Below are positions 7,699 to 15,004 of a stretch of DNA of 20,000 nt, one piece after another. The DNA lies in the IMG/VR virus record IMGVR_UViG_3300025018_001528, one strand, 5' to 3'. Each line of letters opens with the position of its first letter. Position 1 is the first letter of the stretch. The position numbers were made by a program, and so were the translations under genes. This DNA comes from an uncultured virus (IMG/VR IMGVR_UViG_3300025018_001528). Taxonomy: Duplodnaviria > Heunggongvirae > Uroviricota > Caudoviricetes. A model generated the notes under the pieces. The model did not search any database. It saw nothing but the letters and a program-made list of their open reading frames with translations, and was not told the origin of the DNA.

Positions 7699-9378
7699 TT
7701 ACCTCCTTATAGGAATAATATTTGTAACATCTTCACGAAAACCAGCAACAACTTCTTCCAATTCAGTGTTATGATTGAGCCCACAGTTCTGTGCCTCAAT
7801 CTTGTCAATCGCCATCATTATATCCTCTTCACATACCCCAGTCTTTGCTGACCTCTTAATGTCTTTGTGGATAGCGATTGAAATCGCTTGATCCACAATA
7901 CCGACCACCATCCCCCCATTCACCAATTGCTTAAGTGTGAACGGAATCATGCCACCCCTTTTAGTACGAATCTCATATAATATTCTGGTATCGGAAAACA
8001 ATGATTCAGAAGCCTTCTGTGAGAGTACCACCTTAGGTATATCCTTATTGGTGGGAACGCCCTTTAAGGCGATCATAAAAATCTCAGCAGCAGACTTCAC
8101 TGTAGGCCTTGTGACTTTTATCTTCCTGTCAATTCGCCCATCACGTGTTACTGCGGGATCAAGTACATCGGCCCTATTGGTCGCAAGCAATACCAGTGCA
8201 CCAGACTCTTCCATACCATCCATCTCCGCCAAAAACATCGGGACGATGGTATTATTTATGTCCGAACTGATACCAGAACCACGCCTAGCTAGGATGGCGT
8301 CGGCTTCGTCAATAAATACTACAGCAGGGAACCCGTTCTTAGCCTTGTGTTTTTTGGCATTTTCGAAGATCCTGCGAATTGTGGCCTCTGCCACACCCAC
8401 ATATTTGTCCAGGATCTCGGGTCCCTTGATATAGTGAAATCCGCTTCCATTGCCATTCTGCTTATGAATAGCAGCCATTGCAGTAGCTGCTGCTTTTCCA
8501 AGCATGGTCTTACCACAACCAGGAGGGCCCCACAACAAGATCCCTTTTGCCGGTTTCTTGTTATAAAACTTATATAAATTGCTATACTTATGAGGAAGTT
8601 CCACAATTTCGACCATCTCTCTCTTTGCATCTTCCAACCCACCAATATCATCCCAGTTGATTGACATTGATGAAGTTTTAACCTCAAACTTTGTCTCGTC
8701 CTTTCCCAGGTTGTTCAGGACAATTGTTGCAGTATTATCGACAATAACACGGTCCCCTTTTTCCATCTTTTTGGCAAATTTCCCAGTGAGTACTACTTTG
8801 GATGCATCCTGGTGAGAGACTTCCACCAATTCATCTGATATCACCTTATTAACATATCGGATCTCCCCAGATATCACCGGAGCCACGACACCAATTACCT
8901 GCTTCGTCATCGGATTTAGAGTTACCGTATCGCCTAATTCTACCCTAATATATGGCTTTTGGGCATAATGCACCGACGAACCCTCAAGCACACAAATTTC
9001 TTCACCAAGTGAATTTTCAGCAAATTCAAGGTCACATACACCTTCGTCAGTCCCAGGTTTACCGGTACGATACGAATTAGAACTACCGTTATCCCACAAG
9101 ACTTGAGCCCAACCACTCTCATCAATCTTTTGTATTACTCCGGGGACTGTACTCTGATGGGCAAAACTGGAATCCCTACGAAGTTTTACCTTTAAACCCT
9201 TAACAAACTTAGACCACTCTATCTGCCCAGTAACGCCACCAATAACGATACCTTGAAGAAAGGGGGGGGTACGAAATTGATCCAAAACCTCTTCTTGTGC
9301 CATAATAACTTTTTTGGCCTCAATGAGGTTTTTCTTCATAACCTCCAAGGCCTCCATCAGTTTTGCATTATCATCCAT
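7699..9378 (-). CDS. arc: ARC/Mpa-type proteasome-associated AAA+ ATPase (559 aa from MDDNAK)
   Basis: N-terminal coiled coil ending in PP, OB-like region, WDDIGGL, Walker A GPPGCGKT, KGPEILDKYVG, Walker B FIDEAD, RRGSGISSD, TNRADVLDPA..RDGRIDRKI, and an ARC-like C-terminal NGGMVVGIVDQA region. Confidence 0.88.
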   Translation of the reverse strand: MDDNAKLMEALEVMKKNLIEAKKVIMAQEEVLDQFRTPPFLQGIVIGGVTGQIEWSKFVKGLKVKLRRDSSFAHQSTVPGVIQKIDESGWAQVLWDNGSSNSYRTGKPGTDEGVCDLEFAENSLGEEICVLEGSSVHYAQKPYIRVELGDTVTLNPMTKQVIGVVAPVISGEIRYVNKVISDELVEVSHQDASKVVLTGKFAKKMEKGDRVIVDNTATIVLNNLGKDETKFEVKTSSMSINWDDIGGLEDAKREMVEIVELPHKYSNLYKFYNKKPAKGILLWGPPGCGKTMLGKAAATAMAAIHKQNGNGSGFHYIKGPEILDKYVGVAEATIRRIFENAKKHKAKNGFPAVVFIDEADAILARRGSGISSDINNTIVPMFLAEMDGMEESGALVLLATNRADVLDPAVTRDGRIDRKIKVTRPTVKSAAEIFMIALKGVPTNKDIPKVVLSQKASESLFSDTRILYEIRTKRGGMIPFTLKQLVNGGMVVGIVDQAISIAIHKDIKRSAKTGVCEEDIMMAIDKIEAQNCGLNHNTELEEVVAGFREDVTNIIPIRR

Positions 9379-9397
9379 CCTACGCTTCCTCCCCTTT

Positions 9398-9793
9398 CTA
9401 GTTAAAGGTTGGTTTCTTTTTGTCATCGTTGCCAAAGCTCGGGAAATTAGGAGTGCCATCTTCACCAATTGGTATAGAAAGAACCTTAATATTTTTACTC
9501 ATCTCTTTTAAATTAATCATTCCAGTTGTGGTAGCAATAACAAGGGCTATCATAAACTCTTCCTTGTTATCCTGTACAACATTTAAGAGATGATCAACCA
9601 AGAGTTTCGAACTACAAGATTTTGCCATAAACACACGATCCGCATTTGCTTTTACCATAGTAAGAATAAATTGCTCGTTAGCTTCTCCGGCGTCCATCGT
9701 AATCGTTTCATTGGTAAGTTTATTGCGAACAGATATTACCAGGTCTGTCCCCTTTCCCTTATCCATCTTCTCATCTTTATATTCTTTCCCCAT
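9398..9793 (-). CDS. hypothetical protein (131 aa)
   Basis: ORF track; AGGAGG RBS. Confidence 0.7.
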   Translation of the reverse strand: MGKEYKDEKMDKGKGTDLVISVRNKLTNETITMDAGEANEQFILTMVKANADRVFMAKSCSSKLLVDHLLNVVQDNKEEFMIALVIATTTGMINLKEMSKNIKVLSIPIGEDGTPNFPSFGNDDKKKPTFN

Positions 9794-10005
9794 TACTTCC
9801 TCCTATAGTAGTGATGAAAGCGTAATTTTTTTAGCAACTCCTCAGGGAGTTCAATCTCAACATCAGCAATACCAGCGTTTATACACTTGCATGGATCACA
9901 TAAACGATGGAACCTATCTTTTGCTTGAAATTCTACATCACATTTAAGACATTTGCGTTGTGCCATTCTTTTGGGCCTGGCCCCATTAGACGGCCATTCT
10001 TCCAT
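9793..10005 (-). CDS. small zinc-finger protein (CLKC...RLCxxC)
   Basis: RKCLKCDVEFQAKDRFHRLCDPC. Confidence 0.7.
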   Translation of the reverse strand: MEEWPSNGARPKRMAQRKCLKCDVEFQAKDRFHRLCDPCKCINAGIADVEIELPEELLKKLRFHHYYRRK

Positions 10006-10036
10006 CCGTAAGCCTCACTTTCTGCCGCACGGGCAT

Positions 10037-10426
10037 TTAGGGTTGGCTGCTAAATAATACGGTCCCGCATGCTTCGCATTTGATCTCTCCAACAAATGGC
10101 GTCCCACCATAAGCTGGTTGATGTAAACCACTTCTTATTTCTTGAGATCCACAATTTACACAAGTGGGGATTTCATACCCCATATTCTCTATCAATTTCA
10201 CATGTTTGCATGTTGGGCAAACTTCTTCGACAACCGGTGTCTTTACCTTGAAGAACTCAATTGGGAAGTAACCATACGCCTCACAATTCGTATCATCTAT
10301 TATGCGAGTCCATTTTATCTCGGCCCCACAATAACACTGTTCTGGACCAGCAAATAAATTACATTCAATGATTATTAAATGCCCATTATCACAAATCTTT
10401 ATCTCTCTACCTTCGAATGACATCAT
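10037..10426 (-). CDS. multi-CxxC zinc-ribbon protein
   Basis: CDNGH, CYCG, CPTC, CVNC and CEAC. Start MMSFEG follows AAGGAGG. Confidence 0.7.
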   Translation of the reverse strand: MMSFEGREIKICDNGHLIIIECNLFAGPEQCYCGAEIKWTRIIDDTNCEAYGYFPIEFFKVKTPVVEEVCPTCKHVKLIENMGYEIPTCVNCGSQEIRSGLHQPAYGGTPFVGEIKCEACGTVLFSSQP

Positions 10427-10593
10427 TCCTCCTTTATCGTAGGATTTATGGTTTGTTGATGCGACCACTGCATCAACTCCATGATAGATATTTCTAAAGA
10501 AAATTTTTCTATATGCAAAATAAAATCCGCAAGTAATTCATCAAAAGCCTTGTGTAATTCTTTATGACGCTTAATGTGTGCTTCTTTTTCCAC
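10423..10593 (-). CDS. hypothetical protein (56 aa)
   Basis: Manual translation MEKEAHIKRHKELHKAFDELLADFI...ELMQWSHQQTINPTIKEE; GGAGG RBS; both ends coupled to neighbouring genes. Confidence 0.65.
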   Translation of the reverse strand: MEKEAHIKRHKELHKAFDELLADFILHIEKFSLEISIMELMQWSHQQTINPTIKEE

Positions 10594-10832
10594 TAGTACC
10601 TACCTCCTTCACTATGATATTTTATCCATAATTCGTCTGGCATATACTCATCCCAATAATCATGGATTCCTGAAAGACTAGCCCCGGCTCTTGCCTGTGC
10701 CTCAATAATTCGATAAATACAAGATTCATTAATTTGCCTGAGCCTTACCCGCTCCTTCATTACTTCATAATTATATTTTATTTCGCGCTTAATGTCATCT
10801 GGACTAGCCATATCATCCTCCCCTCCCTCCAA
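10593..10832 (-). CDS. hypothetical protein (true start probably MASPDD)
   Basis: ORF track; GGAGG before the internal ATG. Confidence 0.6.
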   Translation of the reverse strand: MEGGEDDMASPDDIKREIKYNYEVMKERVRLRQINESCIYRIIEAQARAGASLSGIHDYWDEYMPDELWIKYHSEGGRY

Positions 10833-11283
10833 AACTTATGGAATACCTAGTTTCATCCATCCCCCTATGTTCAGATGAACGATTAACACTACGGCAACCA
10901 TCACATAAACGAAGGAAACGATTTTTGGCAATAAATTTTCTATCACATTTTAAACAAACCCTTTCGATCTTTTCTTTGCTAATCTTTTTTAGATATGTCT
11001 GATGCTTATTATATATCCCATCACATATACGACAACGCGGTTTGATGGTCATAGTGTTACACGAATGACCCACAGCCGGTACCCCAGGGCATCTCCTACG
11101 CCTAACAACTGTCACCTTCCCATCTTTAATTATTTTCTCACATCGTTCACAGTGTATACGAGACCTTAATCTTGCACAACACTTGTGCATTAATTCTGGC
11201 ACACCAGGACACTGATGATATCCTAGTTCCTTATTTGTTTTTGTCATTAATTTCCTCTTCTTCATAATCTTTATATTTTCCAA
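10813..11283 (-). CDS. Cys/His-rich multi-zinc-finger protein (start uncertain)
   Basis: Two CPGVP..xHxC...CxxC units plus a CLKC...RLCDGC unit. Confidence 0.7.
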   Translation of the reverse strand: MENIKIMKKRKLMTKTNKELGYHQCPGVPELMHKCCARLRSRIHCERCEKIIKDGKVTVVRRRRCPGVPAVGHSCNTMTIKPRCRICDGIYNKHQTYLKKISKEKIERVCLKCDRKFIAKNRFLRLCDGCRSVNRSSEHRGMDETRYSISFGGRGG

Positions 11284-11437
11284 ACATAAACATTCTTAAA
11301 TGTGCCAGTCTACTCCATAATTTACTATATTCATTATATAGATATATACCGGTATTACGTTGATGATACATCTTATAGTTCCGTATTACACAACCAAGTA
11401 ATTCTTGAATATCATACATCATTTTAGATTTGATCAT
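11231..11437 (-). CDS. hypothetical protein (68 aa)
   Basis: ORF track; ATGA coupling. Confidence 0.55.
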   Translation of the reverse strand: MIKSKMMYDIQELLGCVIRNYKMYHQRNTGIYLYNEYSKLWSRLAHLRMFMFGKYKDYEEEEINDKNK

Positions 11438-11628
11438 AAAGAGAAATACAACGTGGCTATTTTTTTAAATAATCTTCGTGATATATATGGTTGGTTATCT
11501 GGCTGTAATACCCAACCAATTTTGTCTAAAATATCACCCCTTGCATTGGCTTGTACTTTATTTTTAGTATATAACTGTGTTTGCACTTTAAACATAAATT
11601 TGTCATTAATACCCACAAAATCTTTCAT
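11434..11628 (-). CDS. hypothetical protein (64 aa)
   Basis: ORF track; packed in the gene run. Confidence 0.5.
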   Translation of the reverse strand: MKDFVGINDKFMFKVQTQLYTKNKVQANARGDILDKIGWVLQPDNQPYISRRLFKKIATLYFSL

Positions 11629-11716
11629 TTAACAATGAAACAACAACCACGCAAGTACTACAATCGAAAATGCCCCGACTACATCACCAAAAGTGGTATG
11701 CGTCATTGTATCCTCC

Positions 11717-12073
11717 TTAATTAAATTTCGTTCCTGGGGGAGGTTCATTATTACTCATAGATGATTTGTCATTGGGCTCGTCGCCAGCCAATACCTGACC
11801 CACATGTTCTTTCAACTGCCCCAACAATGCTTTGCCAACTATCGGCATTGCCATTTCTGGACATTCTTTTATGAAGCTAGTTATTAATTCTTCAACCAAA
11901 GCTGGCCCAGTCATCATCATTCGATGCATTTGATAACTCTCACCCTCTTTCTTGCCAAGCATTACTATCATCTCCCAACCATCTTCAGTGCGATATGTCT
12001 GAACTCCACCATCCACCTTTGGGTGTTTTAGCGTCAATTCTACACCCTTACCTTTTAATTCCTCTCTCATCAT
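11717..12073 (-). CDS. hypothetical protein (118 aa)
   Basis: ORF track; GGGAGGG RBS. Confidence 0.7.
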   Translation of the reverse strand: MMREELKGKGVELTLKHPKVDGGVQTYRTEDGWEMIVMLGKKEGESYQMHRMMMTGPALVEELITSFIKECPEMAMPIVGKALLGQLKEHVGQVLAGDEPNDKSSMSNNEPPPGTKFN

Positions 12074-12243
12074 CCCTCCCTAACCCGCTGGGTCTATGAT
12101 TATTTTACCCCTGTTTCAAATCCCACATCGCTGTCCGTAATTTGGCAATCTTAATCCTTATATGGGTTATCTCTCTTATCTGTAATAATTTGTCCTCTGC
12201 TTGGTAAAGACTTAATAAACAGAGGGTAACCCAGGACATATAT

Positions 12244-12441
12244 CTATCTCTCAAGATTTTGTATCCTTATGTAGATTTTATATCTACCACCCAATACTAC
12301 ATCCCTAAAGAGAAACCCCCACAAATCCATAGCTCTTTTTGCAAGTAGAAAAGACCCTGTGCTGTGATAATATGTAAGATATGTTAAAAAATTTGATAAT
12401 TGATTCCTAACCTCTATAGCTTGTAAACGTTTAGTGCACAT
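12244..12441 (-). CDS. hypothetical protein (65 aa)
   Basis: ORF track; GAGG RBS. Confidence 0.55.
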   Translation of the reverse strand: MCTKRLQAIEVRNQLSNFLTYLTYYHSTGSFLLAKRAMDLWGFLFRDVVLGGRYKIYIRIQNLER

Positions 12442-12467
12442 TATTTCCTCTTTTTAAACGGAAATAT

Positions 12468-12698
12468 TTATCTTTTTATCCATCCAATACTTTTTGATAT
12501 TTTAGGAGTAAACCCACCAAATTCCTTTAATCTTTCCCCAATCCTGGTCATTATCGCTAATTCTTTTTCACCAACAATCTTAAATTCTTCTCTACCCAGA
12601 TCAATTGCACTCATTCCTGGTGACTCCAGAAACCTCCACCACTCGCAAATCTGTTCATGGTTAGCAAGTTCTACCTCTATCAGCGTTGGGTATCTCAT
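12468..12698 (-). CDS. hypothetical phage protein (76 aa)
   Basis: ORF track; ATGA coupling with the upstream gene. Confidence 0.7.
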   Translation of the reverse strand: MRYPTLIEVELANHEQICEWWRFLESPGMSAIDLGREEFKIVGEKELAIMTRIGERLKEFGGFTPKISKSIGWIKR

Positions 12699-12985
12699 TC
12701 TTCACCTGGTGGTAAAAAATATCCTTCACCTTCAAAATAATACATCAACTTAGTAGCATTTCCACCTTGTTGAAATCCATGAAACTCAAGAATTGGAACC
12801 ACCTTTTCAATCATCTGTATTGAAATAACATTTTCGACCAATTCTGATACTGGACCAAGTAGGTCTCTTACCATCTTGAGTCCTTCTGCCCCAAACACTT
12901 TTGCTTTGTCAATCTTATGGGCGAAAATAATATATGCAAATTGCCCCATATCCCTTACATCAAAAGTCCAATCACTGGGTTGCAT
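12695..12985 (-). CDS. hypothetical protein (96 aa)
   Basis: ORF track; AGGAGG RBS. Confidence 0.7.
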   Translation of the reverse strand: MQPSDWTFDVRDMGQFAYIIFAHKIDKAKVFGAEGLKMVRDLLGPVSELVENVISIQMIEKVVPILEFHGFQQGGNATKLMYYFEGEGYFLPPGEE

Positions 12986-13014
12986 TATTTTTCCCCTCCT
13001 TATTTATTTTGCAG

Positions 13015-13215
13015 CGCCAGCCCCCTGCCCCACCCTCACCTTGAATATTATATGCGTTGGGAAGATAACAATGACATACCCTAGGGTTAAACTGTGACAT
13101 GTGAGATCGTATAGGGAATTATAGTAAGCGGATTTAAGGCCCGCATGGGCTCCCCTTTTCCCCTGTCAAGTTTTTATCCCTTATCACATACAACATTAAG
13201 GCTACCTGCTTGGCG
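13015..13215 (-). ncRNA. putative structured ncRNA, copy 1 (family unknown)
   Basis: Shares 20-, 13- and 16-nt blocks with 13779-14019. Closing stem CGCCA/TGGCG; nested stems gain G-U pairs on the minus strand. Confidence 0.6.
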
Positions 13216-13764
13216 TTATCTGTTATTTAAATACTTAATAATATTTAGATATCTCTCAGTTAAATCAACAGAAGCGGATCGAATGCCATCCATAATAGGT
13301 CCATTTGGATACTCTAATATTATATTACATATATTGCAAAGCAAACCTCTAACTTTACCAGTTTTATGGTCGTGATCTACAAGAAAATGATTAAACCCAA
13401 CTCCTGGTTTATCAGTACCACAAATGGCGCAAACCCCACCTTGAGTCTCTAACATCTTATCGTAATCCTTAAGAGTAATATTATACTTTTGTTTTAGTTT
13501 TCCTTTTCTTTTAGATAATTTCCCATTTGGTGTAACCCAGTATTTCTTGTCTGATTTTTTCTTTTCTTCTTTCCCCTTTGGTGTAGTCCGGTACTTCTTC
13601 TTGATTTTTCTCTTTACTTCTTCCCCCTTTGGTGTGGCCCGGTACTGTCCAATTGCTGTGCGATTGCAGGGTTTACACCAATAGTTTAACCCATCTTTAT
13701 TTGCTTTGTGTTTATGAAATTCACTCCTAGGTTTTTCAATTTTACAATGAGAACAAATTTTCAT
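13216..13764 (-). CDS. Endonuclease VII-type HNH (homing) endonuclease
   Basis: N-terminal CSHC..K..SEF...DGL..WCKPC zinc finger; QGGVCAICG...VDHDHKTGKVRGLLCNICN EndoVII signature. Confidence 0.9.
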   Translation of the reverse strand: MKICSHCKIEKPRSEFHKHKANKDGLNYWCKPCNRTAIGQYRATPKGEEVKRKIKKKYRTTPKGKEEKKKSDKKYWVTPNGKLSKRKGKLKQKYNITLKDYDKMLETQGGVCAICGTDKPGVGFNHFLVDHDHKTGKVRGLLCNICNIILEYPNGPIMDGIRSASVDLTERYLNIIKYLNNR

Positions 13765-13778
13765 ATCAACCCCTTTTA

Positions 13779-14019
13779 TAGCACCAAGCGACCCTTGTTT
13801 CTTTGTTCCTCATCGAAGCAAGAGTCCCCCATACCCGCCCTCACCTTGAATATTATACACGTTGGGAAAGTGACAGTGACCCTTTAAGCTGTAAAGATGT
13901 GAGATCGTACTGGGAGAAACAGTAAACGGATTTCGGTTCCGTCAGGGCCTCCCTTTGCCCACCAGAGTGTTGGGTACATTCCCGTTGTGTGTAACATTAA
14001 GGCTACCTTCTTGGTGCTA
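13779..14019 (-). ncRNA. putative structured ncRNA, copy 2 (family unknown)
   Basis: Perfect 10-bp closing stem TAGCACCAAG/CTTGGTGCTA; same conserved blocks as copy 1; extra hairpin at about 13790-13826. Confidence 0.6.
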
Positions 14020-14022
14020 CTC

Positions 14023-14097
14023 TATGAGAGGACTGCGTGGCAAGAATTTGCGGTTCGATCCACGCACGACAACCGCACCTGTCGCTGTCCTCTCATA
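14023..14097. ncRNA. putative 75-nt three-way-junction RNA with loop-loop pseudoknot
   Basis: Stems TATGAGAGGAC/GTCCTCTCATA, TGCGTGG/CCACGCA and CGACA/TGTCG; complementary loops TGCGGT/ACCGCA. Confidence 0.5.
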
Positions 14098-14103
14098 TTT
14101 GTA

Positions 14104-14337
14104 TTATCCTAAATCCGTGTGATACCGAATGTGGCACGCAAAAGCATACGCACCTGCAGGTGGTTCGCCCTTTGCTATGCACCACCCCATTGTTATATTA
14201 AACCAGTCTCGTTCCTGCTCAGGGTCGATCTCTCTTGCCCGGTCATGAACTTCATTCTTGAACGCAATCTCCAATTCAGGCCACTTTGCTGTCGATCGAC
14301 TCTTTAATAGCCCGCATTCTTTGCATGGAAATGTCAT
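14104..14337 (-). CDS. hypothetical protein (77 aa)
   Basis: ORF track; TAATG coupling. Confidence 0.65.
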   Translation of the reverse strand: MTFPCKECGLLKSRSTAKWPELEIAFKNEVHDRAREIDPEQERDWFNITMGWCIAKGEPPAGAYAFACHIRYHTDLG

Positions 14338-14528
14338 TACTCATCTCCTTTCAATGGAGTGCGCATATTCCACCACTTTATGGCCCCAGTCTTACTTTTA
14401 CCCCATCCACCCTCACAAGCACACGAACGACAGCGAATGGAATATTGTTTTTCGTCACGCCCGGACACTGGAAATTCACCCATCAACCCTTTCCCTCCAC
14501 AAAATGGGCACGGTAACAACTTTTCCAT
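14337..14528 (-). CDS. Lar-family restriction alleviation zinc-finger protein
   Basis: LLPCPFCGG...IRCRSC...AIKWWNMR, the typical Lar pattern. Confidence 0.8.
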   Translation of the reverse strand: MEKLLPCPFCGGKGLMGEFPVSGRDEKQYSIRCRSCACEGGWGKSKTGAIKWWNMRTPLKGDE

Positions 14529-14530
14529 TA

Positions 14531-15004
14531 TCAGTCCACTACCAGGTCAATCTCCCAATTCTTTCCCTGGATCTTCGCATCTAACGCATTATACTCGGCG
14601 GCGAGAGCATCGATCTCTTTCTGAATCGCCGGTATATTCATCGTACGGATATATTTCACTTCCAACCGTCCATACGCCCTCACTGGTTCTGTCGCTGCTT
14701 CCGCGAACTTCGCCAGTATATTACGCTTCTTCGCGATCCCATCCCTCTTGGCCAACGCATCGGCCAGCGTCACCACCGGCATTTGCGCTGGGTTCAAGTA
14801 TACCAGGGCGTTCGTCTTGTTGATCTCTATGATCAGATGCGTCAGTTCCTCGTTCGTCCCGTTGATCTCTTTGATCAACTCCAGGGGATTCTCGGAGGGC
14901 GTTTCCCCCTCCTGAGTCTTGGCATTGTTCACCAACCGCTCCGATAATCGCTCGATCTTCTTCTGTAATCCCTTCCGCTCGATCAACGCCTCGGCTAACT
15001 TCAT
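14531..15004 (-). CDS. DIP1984-family coiled-coil protein
   Basis: MKLAEALIER...NAKTQEGETPSENP...INKTN...TLADALAKRD...LDAKIQGKNWEIDL; AAGGAG RBS. Confidence 0.85.
   Translation of the reverse strand: MKLAEALIERKGLQKKIERLSERLVNNAKTQEGETPSENPLELIKEINGTNEELTHLIIEINKTNALVYLNPAQMPVVTLADALAKRDGIAKKRNILAKFAEAATEPVRAYGRLEVKYIRTMNIPAIQKEIDALAAEYNALDAKIQGKNWEIDLVVD

Noticed and set aside
8319..9125. Alternative-frame minus ORFs 8319..8687 and 8940..9125
   Set aside because: Nested within the ATPase gene with no motifs.
9379..9468. ORF-track N-terminal extension of the ATPase
   Set aside because: It overlaps the upstream gene; a GGAGG RBS supports the ATG at 9378.
13045..13169. Minus-strand TTGACA (about 13164-13169) and TATAAT (about 13047-13052) as a sigma70 promoter
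   Set aside because: They are more than 100 nt apart and both lie within predicted stems; no correctly spaced -35/-10 pair was found.
13015..14019. Repeats around the HNH as IS ends, a CRISPR array or a group I intron
   Set aside because: Only two long diverged direct copies; no transposase, no spacers, no recognisable group I core and no interrupted gene.
14049..14066. GGTTCGATCC resembling a tRNA T-loop
   Set aside because: The T-stem does not pair properly and no D arm, anticodon arm or acceptor cloverleaf can be built; not called a tRNA.
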